From: an uncultured bacterium
GTDB lineage: Bacteria > Patescibacteriota > Minisyncoccia > Phycocordibacterales > GWA1-40-21
Length of the DNA: 64,000 nucleotides
Assembly (NCBI GenBank): GCA_903850545.1
Contig: CAINLW010000009.1
Location: 2,311 to 66,310, forward strand
Direction: 5' to 3'
A program made the position numbers and the translations under genes. Under the pieces are notes generated by a model. That model saw only the letters and a list, made by a program, of their open reading frames with translations. It was not told the origin of the DNA and made no database searches. Every line of letters begins with the position of its first letter. The stretch's first letter is position 1. Positions 38,311 to 48,232 of the stretch are shown one piece after another.

Positions 38311-39747
38311 ATGAATAATAAAAACCAACAATCTGTAATTTTCTCCTGCAGTCATATTTCTAAAAAATTTGAATTGATAGAGGTCTTGAATGATATATCT
38401 TTTACTATATCTAAAAATGAAAAAGTTGGACTGGTTGGCCCCAATGGATCAGGAAAAAGCACGCTACTAAAAATAATCGCAAATTTGATGGAAAAAGATG
38501 GTGGTGTCGTCTCATATTCAAAACAAGTAAAGATTAAGTATCTTTCCCAAATCCACTTAGAAGAAGAAAAACTTAGTGGTGGGGAAATTGCAAAAAAAAT
38601 TCTTTTACCAATAATTTTATCAGATGCGGATTTATATATTTTAGATGAGCCGACAAACAATTTAGATACTGATGGTTTGTTTATGCTCGAAAATTTTATT
38701 AGTAAAAGCAGTAAAGCTTTTTTAATAATTTCACACGATAGAGCCTTTTTGGATAAAATTGTAACTAAAATTATAGAGATTGATGTTGTAACAAAATCAT
38801 CATCAATATATGCTGGAAATTATTCTGATTTCATAAAAGAACGAAAATTAAAAATTGAAAGACAATGGAAAGAATACGACGATAAAGTTGAAAAAACTGA
38901 AAAAATAAAGACTAATGTAAATTTACGTTCTGCTTGGTTAAAAAGAGTCGAATTAGAGAAAAATAGCGCAAAAAATCTACCAATTCACGAAAGAGAAAAG
39001 AAACCTTTAGATTTTCGCAATCCAGATGGAAAATCAGCTAAGCGCTTAAAAGTAATGAAAGACAGACTCGAGAGATACGAAAGCAATTCAAAAAACGTCA
39101 CAAAACCAAAATATAATTTACCACTTAAAATATGTTTTAAAAATGAACGGGGAAGTACAAGTGTTTTTGATTTAAAAATGGTAGAAAAGAAAATTGGCAG
39201 AAGAAAAATAGGACCTATTAATCTTCATATCCAGTATGGCGACAGAATCCATATCATTGGAAAAAATGGAACAGGAAAAACAACATTAATAAAAATGGTT
39301 GTCGGCGAATTGAAAGTTGATTCAGGAATTGTAAAACGAGGTGAAAATGTGGTTGTAGGATATATTCCACAAGAAAAATGGTTGGACAGACCAAATAATA
39401 AAGTTATATCTGAATTCTTAGACGTTACAAAAATATCAGAGACAAATGCTAGAAAAATTTTAAACAGGTTTAGAATAACTACTGAGGACGTAAATAAGCA
39501 CATTTCGTTAATTAGCCCTGGTGAATATTCAAGACTAATTATTGCGGAACTTATTGCAACAAATCCAAATTGTATAATTCTAGATGAACCAAGTAATCAT
39601 CTTGATCTTGAGGTTATTGAGGAATTAGAAAACGGACTTAGGGAATATAAAGGAACCCTTATCGTTGTAAGCCATGATAGATATTTCGTAGAAAAACTAA
39701 AACTTAATAAAGTTATCGATTTAGATAATAATTCAAAAAAAATATAG
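38311..39747 (+). CDS. ABC-F family ATPase
   Basis: Two NBDs (GPNGSGKST/LSGGE/LDEPTN; GKNGTGKTT/LDEPSN/SHDR), no TM segments. Confidence 0.92.
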   Translation: MNNKNQQSVIFSCSHISKKFELIEVLNDISFTISKNEKVGLVGPNGSGKSTLLKIIANLMEKDGGVVSYSKQVKIKYLSQIHLEEEKLSGGEIAKKILLPIILSDADLYILDEPTNNLDTDGLFMLENFISKSSKAFLIISHDRAFLDKIVTKIIEIDVVTKSSSIYAGNYSDFIKERKLKIERQWKEYDDKVEKTEKIKTNVNLRSAWLKRVELEKNSAKNLPIHEREKKPLDFRNPDGKSAKRLKVMKDRLERYESNSKNVTKPKYNLPLKICFKNERGSTSVFDLKMVEKKIGRRKIGPINLHIQYGDRIHIIGKNGTGKTTLIKMVVGELKVDSGIVKRGENVVVGYIPQEKWLDRPNNKVISEFLDVTKISETNARKILNRFRITTEDVNKHISLISPGEYSRLIIAELIATNPNCIILDEPSNHLDLEVIEELENGLREYKGTLIVVSHDRYFVEKLKLNKVIDLDNNSKKI

Positions 39748-39786
39748 AAATAATTTCGCCATATTTTTATCTTTTATTATAATCAA

Positions 39787-40035
39787 ATGTATTACCTCTA
39801 TATTCTTAAATGCGCTGATAAAACCCTATATACTGGAATTACAACAGATTTGAAAAGAAGAATTTTTGAACATAATAATACAAAACTTGGTTCAAAATAT
39901 ACTTCTTCTCGAAGACCGGTAAAAATTGTTTACTTTAGAAAATATAAAAATAGATCACTTGCTTCAATAGATGAGGCTAGGATTAAAAAATTAACAAGGA
40001 AAGAAAAAACCAAGTTAATAAATAAGAAATTGTAG
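39787..40035 (+). CDS. GIY-YIG nuclease family protein (UPF0213/YhbQ-like)
   Basis: YLYILKCAD, LYTGITTDLKRR, HN, KYT. Confidence 0.9.
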   Translation: MYYLYILKCADKTLYTGITTDLKRRIFEHNNTKLGSKYTSSRRPVKIVYFRKYKNRSLASIDEARIKKLTRKEKTKLINKKL

Positions 40036-40109
40036 TTTTGTGTATTTCGCCACGTTGATAATAGTTACGTTACGTGCTACTTTTCTTCATGAACGTTTTG
40101 GGAGGAAAA

Positions 40110-40382
40110 ATGAATATAATAGTTAAAGCGGTAACAAATGTCGGTATGAAAGTCACAGGAAAAAGGACTAACAAGCTACCGAAGATTCCGCAAGGGTGCG
40201 GGTTGGTTGCTGTAATACACAAAGGGTCCGAAGATGTGTTAGAAGACGTGACATATTTAGCAAAATATATGGGTTGTCACATAAAGGACTGCTGCGGAAC
40301 ACACAGGATGGACCTATACATTCTGTCACATTATCAGATGCGGTTGTGTGGTATAGGGCCATGCCAACACAGCAAGAGGTAG
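40110..40382 (+). CDS. Small Cys-rich orphan protein (SD-led cassette)
   Basis: GGAGG SD at 40101, ATG 40110, terminator 40407-40447. Confidence 0.55.
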   Translation: MNIIVKAVTNVGMKVTGKRTNKLPKIPQGCGLVAVIHKGSEDVLEDVTYLAKYMGCHIKDCCGTHRMDLYILSHYQMRLCGIGPCQHSKR

Positions 40383-40543
40383 TTGAGTCACCTAGAAGTA
40401 CTCGTGATCGTCGCGCCTGTATTTTAAGGCGCGGCGATTATTTTTTTATATTTTCTGATAACATTCCGACATTCTGCAGAATGTCGGAATGTTACTTTAA
40501 ATTAGCCTTTCTTTTATTCAAATATAATGATAAAAATATACTA

Positions 40544-41776
40544 ATGGCAAAATTAACAAACAAACCTGAGTTACTTTCACCAGTACAAGATTTTACATCA
40601 CTAACAGCAGCAATAGAAAATGGTGCCGATGCTGTTTTTTTTGGTATCAAAGGCTTTAATATGCGCGCTGGGGCAAAAAACTTCACTGTAAGTGATTTAC
40701 ATAAAATCGCAAAAACTGCTCACAAAAGTAATGTAAAAACTTATCTAGCTATAAATACTATTATTTTTGAAAATGAACTAAAAGAAGTTGAGAAAATTTT
40801 AATTAAAGTTAAAAAAGCCAAAATAGACGCTATTATCTGCTGGGATTTTGCAATTATACAAATTGCAAAGAAGTTAAAAATTGAAATTCATATTAGCACT
40901 CAAGCAAGTATTGCAAATTCGGAGACGGCAGAATTTTATCAGAAACTTGGTGCGACAAGAGTGGTACTAGCACGCGAGTGTTCACTTGAACAAATTAAAG
41001 AAATAAAGAAAAACACGAATGTTGAAATAGAAATCTTTATTCATGGTGCAATGTGCGTATCTGTTTCTGGAAGATGTTTTATGTCACAATTTTTGTATGG
41101 TAAATCAGCAAATCGAGGTGAATGCTTACAACCCTGCAGAAGAAAATATATTATTAAACAAATTGATGGAGGTGCTGAACTAGAACTTGGTGAAAATTAT
41201 GTCCTTAGTCCAAAGGATTTATGTACAATTGATTTTATAGAAAAAATAATTGATGTTGGCGTAAACTGCTTAAAAATTGAAGGAAGAAACAGAAGTCCTG
41301 AATATGTAGCAACAGTTACTAAAGCCTATCGAACAATTATTGATTTTATTTATTCAGCTAAAGTACGTGACGATAAATTCAAACAGGAATTAAAAAATCT
41401 AAAAAACAAATTATTCGAAGATTTGAATACTGTATATCATCGAGGTAGTAGCAGTGGTTTTTTCCTTGGAAAACCTATTAATGAGTGGACAAAAGATCCT
41501 GAAAGCCAGGCGACTCAAAAGAAAGTATATATTGGAAAAGTTTCAAACTATTATAAAAAAATTGGTGCAATTGAAACAACTATTCAAACAAATAATACAA
41601 TTAGAATTGGTGATACACTTATTATTCAAGGGCCCACAACTGGAAGCATAAAAGAAAAAATTATATCAATTGAAAAAAATCATTTACCTACCAAAATGGC
41701 AAAAAAGGGCGAAAAGATTGCATTTGGAATCAAATCTCTCGTTAGACAAAATGATCAGATATATTTAATTAAATAG
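40544..41776 (+). CDS. Peptidase U32 family (TrhP/RlhA-like)
   Basis: PELLSP, GADAV, HISTQ, HGAMCVSVSGRC, NRGECLQPCR, LKIEGR; start at MAKL. Confidence 0.93.
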   Translation: MAKLTNKPELLSPVQDFTSLTAAIENGADAVFFGIKGFNMRAGAKNFTVSDLHKIAKTAHKSNVKTYLAINTIIFENELKEVEKILIKVKKAKIDAIICWDFAIIQIAKKLKIEIHISTQASIANSETAEFYQKLGATRVVLARECSLEQIKEIKKNTNVEIEIFIHGAMCVSVSGRCFMSQFLYGKSANRGECLQPCRRKYIIKQIDGGAELELGENYVLSPKDLCTIDFIEKIIDVGVNCLKIEGRNRSPEYVATVTKAYRTIIDFIYSAKVRDDKFKQELKNLKNKLFEDLNTVYHRGSSSGFFLGKPINEWTKDPESQATQKKVYIGKVSNYYKKIGAIETTIQTNNTIRIGDTLIIQGPTTGSIKEKIISIEKNHLPTKMAKKGEKIAFGIKSLVRQNDQIYLIK

Positions 41777-41838
41777 TCACTGTCATAAATAGTAATAATT
41801 TGATAAAATAGACATACTGTTTTTATAATTATCAATAT

Positions 41839-42711
41839 ATGAAAGTCGAAGCAATACGTGAATACTTGGAAAAATTTAATCAAAATATTTACACCTCTGG
41901 TGAAACTGAATTTTGCTTTGCTCGAGATCTACAAGGATTGCTTGGATATAAAGACTGGAATAATTTCTTGAATGTTATAGGAAAAGCAAAAACTGCTTGC
42001 AACCATTCTGGAATTGATGTTGAGAAAAATTTTAATCCAACCGTCAGACTTGTGAATATTTCTACAAATGGTAGTAAAGATGTTGATGATTTTCTTTTGA
42101 CTAGATATGCTTGTTATTTAATTGCACAAAACGGAGATTCTTCAAAAGAACAAGTTGCTTTTGCAATGAGTTATTTTGCTGTTCAAGCTAGAAAACAAGA
42201 AATTTTAGTAAAGAAACTTGAAGAGTTTGAAAGATTGCAAGCGAGAAAAAAATTAGGCGAAACAGAAAAGCAATTATCCGGAGTTGTTTATGAAAGAGGG
42301 GTTGATGGCGGAGGATTTGCTGTCATTCGAAGCAGTGGAGATGAGGCATTGTTTGGGGGGAAAACTACCGCTGAAATGAAAAATAAATACAAAATTCCTC
42401 AATCAAGAGCATTGGCCGATTTTTTACCAACCATAACAATAAAAGCAAAAGAGTTCGCTGACGAAATTACTGTATTTAATGTAAAGAAAAGTGGGGGAAT
42501 GCGCGGAATAAATAGCATAAAAGAAGAGCATGTTAGAAATAATAGAGACGTGAGAGATCTTTTAAAAAACAGAGGGATTGTCCCAGAAAATTTGCCTCCG
42601 GAAGAAGATTTACAAAAAGTACAAAGAAGAATAAACTCTCAAGAAAAAGTTATTTTAAAAGAAGTAAAGGAAAATCCGGATCATCAAACAGACCAAACGG
42701 TACTAAATTAG
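41839..42711 (+). CDS. dinD: DNA damage-inducible protein D
   Basis: ARDLQGLLGY, LTRYACYLIAQNGD, FAVIRSSGDEALFGG, LADFLPT, PENLPPEED. Confidence 0.9.
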   Translation: MKVEAIREYLEKFNQNIYTSGETEFCFARDLQGLLGYKDWNNFLNVIGKAKTACNHSGIDVEKNFNPTVRLVNISTNGSKDVDDFLLTRYACYLIAQNGDSSKEQVAFAMSYFAVQARKQEILVKKLEEFERLQARKKLGETEKQLSGVVYERGVDGGGFAVIRSSGDEALFGGKTTAEMKNKYKIPQSRALADFLPTITIKAKEFADEITVFNVKKSGGMRGINSIKEEHVRNNRDVRDLLKNRGIVPENLPPEEDLQKVQRRINSQEKVILKEVKENPDHQTDQTVLN

Positions 42712-42809
42712 TAATTGATAAAATTAAAATAAATGTTCTAGTATGAAATATAACGTATGAAATGATGTAGATCAACAAAATCTGCAATTATTATTAAATA
42801 CTTCAATAC

Positions 42810-42957
42810 AGAGCACACGAGGTATTAGCTATTATTATTTCTGTCTTTGCGAGCAAAGCGAAGCAATCCAGAATTACATACAATACAAACCTGGATTGCT
42901 TCGTGCCTCGCAAAGACAATACATAGAAGGTGGACCGATGCAGAGCATCGGGGAATA
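42810..42957. repeat. Composite REP-like element, copy 2
   Basis: Same flanks as copy 1; core 42843-42917 inverted relative to copy 1. Confidence 0.85.
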
Positions 42958-42962
42958 TCTAA

Positions 42963-43850
42963 TCATTTAAATAACTCCAAAAATTTTATAGGATCAATTG
43001 AAATATTATTTATCCGAACTGTTAGATGTAAATGTGGACCAATAACATAACCAGTGTCCCCAGAAATTCCTATCAGCTGGCCTTGTTGTACCAGTTCTCC
43101 GACATTAACTTTTATTTTTGATAGGTGCATGTAAAAAGTCATGACACCTTCTCCATGATCAATAACTATTGTTTTTCCATAAACTTGAAAAGTTTTAGCT
43201 ATACGCACGATACCTTTATTCATCGCCACAACCTTCGTACCAACATCTGCTTTAAGATCAACTCCTTTATGCGCTAAAGTATAAACTCCAGTTTGTCTTG
43301 AATAACCATATTCATCCGTAACTGTGTGATTTAAAATAGGATAAATAAATTTTTTGGACCAAAGTGGTTTTGCAAATGTTTTTATTACAGACAACACATT
43401 ATTTTCAATACTCAAAGTATTAATAACTTTTGTTTGATTTTCTGATGAATTGCCACCCAAATTTTCTGGCACCTCCATTGCAACTTGATATTTATTTCTT
43501 TCCTTTACGGTCAAAAATTGCTCGGATGAACTTCCATTTTTATAATCAAGTTTTATTTTGTAATCACCAATTTTTTTGTTTAAATCAATTCCTAGTAAAG
43601 CAGAGGGAATATTTTTGTATATAAAAAATTTTAAACTCTTATTATCAAAAGTTATTTTTTTTATATCGGACAATTTAACACCGGAAATTTGTATTAAAAC
43701 TGGCTCGCCTTGAAATACAGCATTTTTCGGAATAATGGAAATTGAGGCCATGGCATTTACATGTTGATTTTCAAATAGAAATAAAAAAAATATAAATAAT
43801 ATAACAAAACGATAACTTTTGTTCTTTTTGTCCAGGTTGAATATTTTCAT
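42963..43850 (-). CDS. M23 family peptidase
   Basis: HKGVDL, IDHG, YMHLS, GPHLH. Confidence 0.92.
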   Translation of the reverse strand: MKIFNLDKKNKSYRFVILFIFFLFLFENQHVNAMASISIIPKNAVFQGEPVLIQISGVKLSDIKKITFDNKSLKFFIYKNIPSALLGIDLNKKIGDYKIKLDYKNGSSSEQFLTVKERNKYQVAMEVPENLGGNSSENQTKVINTLSIENNVLSVIKTFAKPLWSKKFIYPILNHTVTDEYGYSRQTGVYTLAHKGVDLKADVGTKVVAMNKGIVRIAKTFQVYGKTIVIDHGEGVMTFYMHLSKIKVNVGELVQQGQLIGISGDTGYVIGPHLHLTVRINNISIDPIKFLELFK

Positions 43851-43871
43851 AATTGATAGTATTATTATACT

Positions 43872-44282
43872 ATGAATAATAAAATTAAATTAGTAGTAGT
43901 CTTTATATTAGTAGCAATTTTGTCATATTGTTTGTTTGTAAAGTTTTTGGATGAAGACTCATGGATTTGTACAGAGGCAGGCTGGACGGAACACGGCAAG
44001 CCAGATTTTGCTAAACCAATTTTACCCTGTGGAGAAATTGAAGTAAAAAATGTTGTAGAAAATTATTTAAGAGAAAATATTTCAAACATTTCAACAACAA
44101 AAGAAGTTTTGGGAGGCAAATTTAGTATTACAAAATTAAATTGGGTTGGAAACAATTCCGGAATGATTGAATATGAAGATGGTCATATACTTTTAAAAGC
44201 ACTTTTTGATTACAAAATTGAACCTAGCAGTGATGTAAAAAATTATTCTGTTATTATAGAAAATTTCAAAGTGATAAAGTAA
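43872..44282 (+). CDS. Membrane-anchored hypothetical protein
   Basis: N-terminal TM; EDSWIC...WTEHGKP; VLGGKF, YEDGH. Confidence 0.7.
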   Translation: MNNKIKLVVVFILVAILSYCLFVKFLDEDSWICTEAGWTEHGKPDFAKPILPCGEIEVKNVVENYLRENISNISTTKEVLGGKFSITKLNWVGNNSGMIEYEDGHILLKALFDYKIEPSSDVKNYSVIIENFKVIK

Positions 44283-44293
44283 CGCTGATTACA

Positions 44294-44752
44294 ATGATAA
44301 ATAAATTTAAGGAACTTAGAGAAAATAATCCTCATTTTTATCAATTTACGACTTATCTACCAATAAGTATCATAACGACAGTAATAGACTTTGCAATTTT
44401 GAATGCACTGATACTTATTACTGGAAAAAGTGTTGGTTGGGAGTATTCAGTATTCGTAGCTGTCGCTTTTTTGATATCAATAATATGTGGTTATTTTATG
44501 AATAGGCGCTGGACTTTTGATATCATTCACGAAATAGAAATAGTGGAGTTTTATAAATATCTTTTTATTTATATTGTAAGCGCAATTGTAAGCACCTGTA
44601 TAGCTACTTTTTTAGTAAATATTGTGAGAGCACCAAAATGGACAACACCCATGATGTGGGCCAACATTTCTTTGGCACTTACAGTTTTTTTTAATATCCC
44701 TTGGAATTTTTTGTGTATGAAACATCTTGTTTTTAAAAAACACGATTGTTAA
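44294..44752 (+). CDS. GtrA family protein
   Basis: Four TM helices, YFMNRRWTF, WNFL...VF. Confidence 0.85.
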   Translation: MINKFKELRENNPHFYQFTTYLPISIITTVIDFAILNALILITGKSVGWEYSVFVAVAFLISIICGYFMNRRWTFDIIHEIEIVEFYKYLFIYIVSAIVSTCIATFLVNIVRAPKWTTPMMWANISLALTVFFNIPWNFLCMKHLVFKKHDC

Positions 44753-44901
44753 ATTTATTTATCAAATATTAATTTAATGTAAATTGTACTTCGAGAATTG
44801 GCTTTTCAATTTATTTTATGTTATAAACTGACGCAGGAATAAAAAGTGGTTTTGTGTGTTCTTTGGTAGTAAAACGCAGTTTATTTTAGAAGGAGGAGAA
44901 A

Positions 44902-45384
44902 ATGAAAAATAAAAGTACCGCGATTAACGTTGATGATATAGATGTTAAAATTCTGCTGGCAGTTTTTGAGCGCGAGTGCATTCTTAACAGATTGCCGCTC
45001 CGTTTACCAGCAAATATTCCCGCCGAAGAAAAAACTTCTTTCTTCAAGCGGTTGCGGACAGAGCAGGATATCTTTTTACGTGATTTTTATAATAAACACA
45101 TCAGTGACAAAAAAGAATCGCCTGACAAAAAGCTGGAGGCTTACGTTATCGGCAAAAAAATTAAGGGGTCGAAAACAGGAAAGAACGAATGGACTCCTGC
45201 AAGCATTGACGCCCTCGCAAGAAAGAAGGGAAAGCTTCCCAAAGGATCAACCGATGGTATGACCAAGGCCGAGCTGAAGGAGTTCAAAAAGCTTCGGTGG
45301 AATTATAAATACGGAAAACGCCCCGTTACAAAAAAAGGAAAAGGGCGCGGTCAGTCCTCAGGGGCTGAATTGGAGGGCGATTGA
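44902..45384 (+). CDS. Basic orphan protein (SD-led cassette), possibly frameshifted and continuing to 45562
   Basis: AAGGAGG SD; +1 frame open 45278-45562; terminator 45582-45611. Confidence 0.65.
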   Translation: MKNKSTAINVDDIDVKILLAVFERECILNRLPLRLPANIPAEEKTSFFKRLRTEQDIFLRDFYNKHISDKKESPDKKLEAYVIGKKIKGSKTGKNEWTPASIDALARKKGKLPKGSTDGMTKAELKEFKKLRWNYKYGKRPVTKKGKGRGQSSGAELEGD

Positions 45385-45581
45385 AAAAAAAACAACTGAC
45401 TTTGTAACAACGGGAGGAAAACTTACATGGACAGATGTAGAGTCCAAAATTGCTGCTACTAAAGCTGCTAAGGAGGCAGAAATAAGGTTAAAAGAAGAAA
45501 AGATAGCAGAATTAAGAAAAAGAACAGGACTCTCGGTGCATGAAGCACCAGAAAGCAGGTAAGTAGACAGTAGTAAATATC

Positions 45582-45692
45582 AGCCCCGCCCGGAGTAATC
45601 TGGGCGGGGCTTTCAACTTTATATAATTAGTTTTGAACTCTGTCTTTGAAATTAAAGACGACCGAGCTCCCCTGGGAGCTCGGTCGTATTTT
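45582..45692. terminator. Two strong hairpins between convergent orphan cassettes
   Basis: agccccgcccgga/tctgggcggggct and acgaccgagctcc/ggagctcggtcgt. Confidence 0.8.
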
Positions 45693-45704
45693 TGTGCTGA
45701 GAGT

Positions 45705-46157
45705 TCAGCGCGGAATCGACACTACTGTGATACCAGCAAAAGTATATTTCTTCGGCATCACTACAATTTTCCATCCTTCGCGAAGGCCGATGCCGCCACC
45801 ATGTGAGAACTTGACTTTGTTTTCTGGTGATAAGGTTGCTTCAACATCGGCCCAGAAAAGGTCGTCGACGGCATTAGCGAAGTCACATTCGACCATCGTT
45901 CGTCCCAAATTTTGGCACTTGGGACAGGTGAGCGAGTCGCCTGTGGTCGAGCAGTCAACCATCTCGTTGTGTTCACCAGCCATCTTGTTGTACGAGTCTA
46001 TGGTGTTGTTTTTGAAGGCGTAGAACTTTTGAAGTTCAATGTCGGTTATCTGTCCTACTATCACCTCATTCGACCCCACCTTATCATTCGGACCTTTGAT
46101 ATCCTCAGGTTTTATAGCCGAAATTCCGTCACATAACCGCCTCAGTATCTTTGTCAT
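45705..46157 (-). CDS. Orphan protein with CxxC (SD-led cassette)
   Basis: AAGGAG SD; TTGACA-17-TAACAT promoter (-35 at 46234-46239); IGLREGWKIV. Confidence 0.7.
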   Translation of the reverse strand: MTKILRRLCDGISAIKPEDIKGPNDKVGSNEVIVGQITDIELQKFYAFKNNTIDSYNKMAGEHNEMVDCSTTGDSLTCPKCQNLGRTMVECDFANAVDDLFWADVEATLSPENKVKFSHGGGIGLREGWKIVVMPKKYTFAGITVVSIPR

Positions 46158-46301
46158 TTATTCTCTCCTTGTGTACATTTTACAGGTTTTCAAAACCTGT
46201 TTCGTATCGGATGTTAATATAAAAAATGTTGTTTGTCAATCTACTTTGGTATGTCTAATATTCAAACAGAAAGTATATAATTAACGTAAATGATTATCAT
46301 G

Positions 46302-46330
46302 TTGACAATAATCATCATATAGACTATAAT
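46302..46330 (+). promoter_or_regulatory. Consensus sigma70 promoter TTGACA-17-TATAAT
   Basis: Perfect hexamers ~100 nt upstream of the RRM gene. Confidence 0.8.
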
Positions 46331-46430
46331 TAACTCAATTAAGAAGTAAGTTGATTTTTGTAAGGATTAGTCGTCTTTCGTTTCAAGTGAGGTCTTAAGG
46401 ATTTATTAAGTGTGCGTAATTTATAATTGA

Positions 46431-46697
46431 ATGAAAAAATTATATGTAGGTGGTGTTTCTTATAGCACTACAGAGCAAGCTTTATCAGACGCTTTTTCAA
46501 AAGCAGGAGAAGTCGCATCAGTTGCTATCATCATGGACAAAATGACTGGTAGATCAAAAGGATTCGGTTTCGTTGAAATGGTAACCGAAGAAGGTGCAAA
46601 AGCAGCCATAGAAATGTGGAATGGTAAAGAACTTGACGGCAGAAAATTGACCGTTAACGAAGCAAGACCAAGAGAAGAGAGACCAGCAAGATACTAA
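46431..46697 (+). CDS. RRM RNA-binding protein
   Basis: LYVGGV RNP2, KGFGFVEM RNP1, VNEARP. Confidence 0.95.
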   Translation: MKKLYVGGVSYSTTEQALSDAFSKAGEVASVAIIMDKMTGRSKGFGFVEMVTEEGAKAAIEMWNGKELDGRKLTVNEARPREERPARY

Positions 46698-46712
46698 TCT
46701 CAAACTAGCTTT

Positions 46713-46745
46713 AAAAAAAGACCCGCGCAAGCGGGTCTTTTTGTT
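46713..46745. terminator. Bidirectional terminator
   Basis: aaaaagacccgc-gcaa-gcgggtcttttt between convergent genes. Confidence 0.85.
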
Positions 46746-46756
46746 TGTTTTTTATA

Positions 46757-47314
46757 CTATTCTAAAATAAATACGGCAGTAGCTATAGTTGTTGTCCAAA
46801 GTCCGTTTTTGTCTCCCTCAGCAGATTGACTAATGTTTGTTGTTTTAAAAATGTTTCCACTTGTTTTATAAATCTGTTCTCTTTCTTCCCAAGCTTGATT
46901 TGGATCAAATGAAATACCTAAAGTTGTAGCAAGCATTGTGGCAGCTAAATCTTCTGCATATTCACCAGCAATTTCTCCTTTTTCTCCATAAGCATGATGT
47001 TCAGATAAATACCCATAACCATTTTTTTCTGAAGGAATAGCCAAACCTATAGCAGAAGAAACAAGGCGATTTGGCTCGCTAGTCTCACTTCTTGCCATAA
47101 CACAAAAGGTAATTTGTCCCGGTTTAAGATATTTTAAACCTTCATCTTTTGAGATTATTTTGCATTCTGGAGGGAAAATACTTGAAACATAAACAAGATT
47201 ACATCCTTCTATACCAGCGCTTCTGAGAGCCAACTCAAACGACGCAAGTTTGTCTTTGTGTACACCAACACCTTTTGTCAAAAAGACTTTTTTAGGAACC
47301 ATTGTGTCTAACAT
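46757..47314 (-). CDS. pdaD: Pyruvoyl-dependent arginine decarboxylase
   Basis: [22 protein letters not shown] (Ser-Ser cleavage site), GYLSEHH. Confidence 0.92.
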   Translation of the reverse strand: MLDTMVPKKVFLTKGVGVHKDKLASFELALRSAGIEGCNLVYVSSIFPPECKIISKDEGLKYLKPGQITFCVMARSETSEPNRLVSSAIGLAIPSEKNGYGYLSEHHAYGEKGEIAGEYAEDLAATMLATTLGISFDPNQAWEEREQIYKTSGNIFKTTNISQSAEGDKNGLWTTTIATAVFILE

Positions 47315-47585
47315 ATATTTATTATAATTTTTTATATCAACTGATTAAGCGACAGTTTAGCTTTAATTTATATTATTTATTTTAGCTTTGGCCATTATAA
47401 AGTAGAATATAATTAAATACAAGGTTTTTTGATAATTATTATTATTATTATTATTTATTCACAAATTATATATTAGTTAAAAAAAATTTTTATGGTTTGT
47501 ATTAAAAAATAATATTATATATAAAACATAAAGAGCCATATCGTTGGCTCTCGGTACGTCCGCTTGCGAGAATAATTATTATATT

Positions 47586-47819
47586 TTATTTATTTTCGTT
47601 CTCCTTTAAGAATTTTGCCCCTGCTTCAGTGATTTTGAAAAGTTTTTCTTCTTTTGTCACCAGCCCCTTCCTAACGAGGTGCTGAACACCAGTTGCGACC
47701 ATATACCTGCCATGAGCTATGGAAATTTTTTGTTGCTTACAAACAGCATCAATAATTTCCTCATTGGTGGCGCCATGCCGTTTTACCGCATCCAAAACCT
47801 TTAATATATTTATTCCCAT
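47586..47819 (-). CDS. Small winged-helix-like orphan protein (SD-led cassette)
   Basis: GGGAGGG SD; LVRKGLV...FKITEAG wing motif. Confidence 0.65.
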   Translation of the reverse strand: MGINILKVLDAVKRHGATNEEIIDAVCKQQKISIAHGRYMVATGVQHLVRKGLVTKEEKLFKITEAGAKFLKENENK

Positions 47820-48232
47820 TTTTCCCTCCCAAAGATCCCGCTGGGATTACAATTACATAGGCAAAATAAAAAGTCAACATACTCATTTGTTCTATTGACT
47901 TTATTTGGCATTTAGTTTACACTTGTAATAACTTTAAAACGAATGTGTTGCGGGCGTAAAGTGCCAAATAAGTAGGCTAGATTAAGTTGCTAAACGTCTT
48001 GCTTAAAAAAATAAGTTAAATTTTAAAAAGGAATAGAGAAACCTTATTGGGGAGGTTTGTCTTTTTTTGTTTAAAATTTGGTTTTTGTAAATAACAAAAA
48101 CCTTGTCAGTATGAATATAAAAATGTCGCATATTTTTATATTTTTTGACAAATAAATCGTATTTATTTTTTTGTGCGAGATTTTGTTAGATTAATACTTA
48201 ATATTTACTAACGAAAATAATAAAAATTATTC

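Noticed and set aside
40196-40543. N-terminal extension of the U32 ORF
   Set aside because: Runs through a separate SD-led ORF and its terminator; the family start is at 40544
47895-48232. Long rpoB leader with hairpins as a riboswitch
   Set aside because: AT-rich stems with no recognisable aptamer motif
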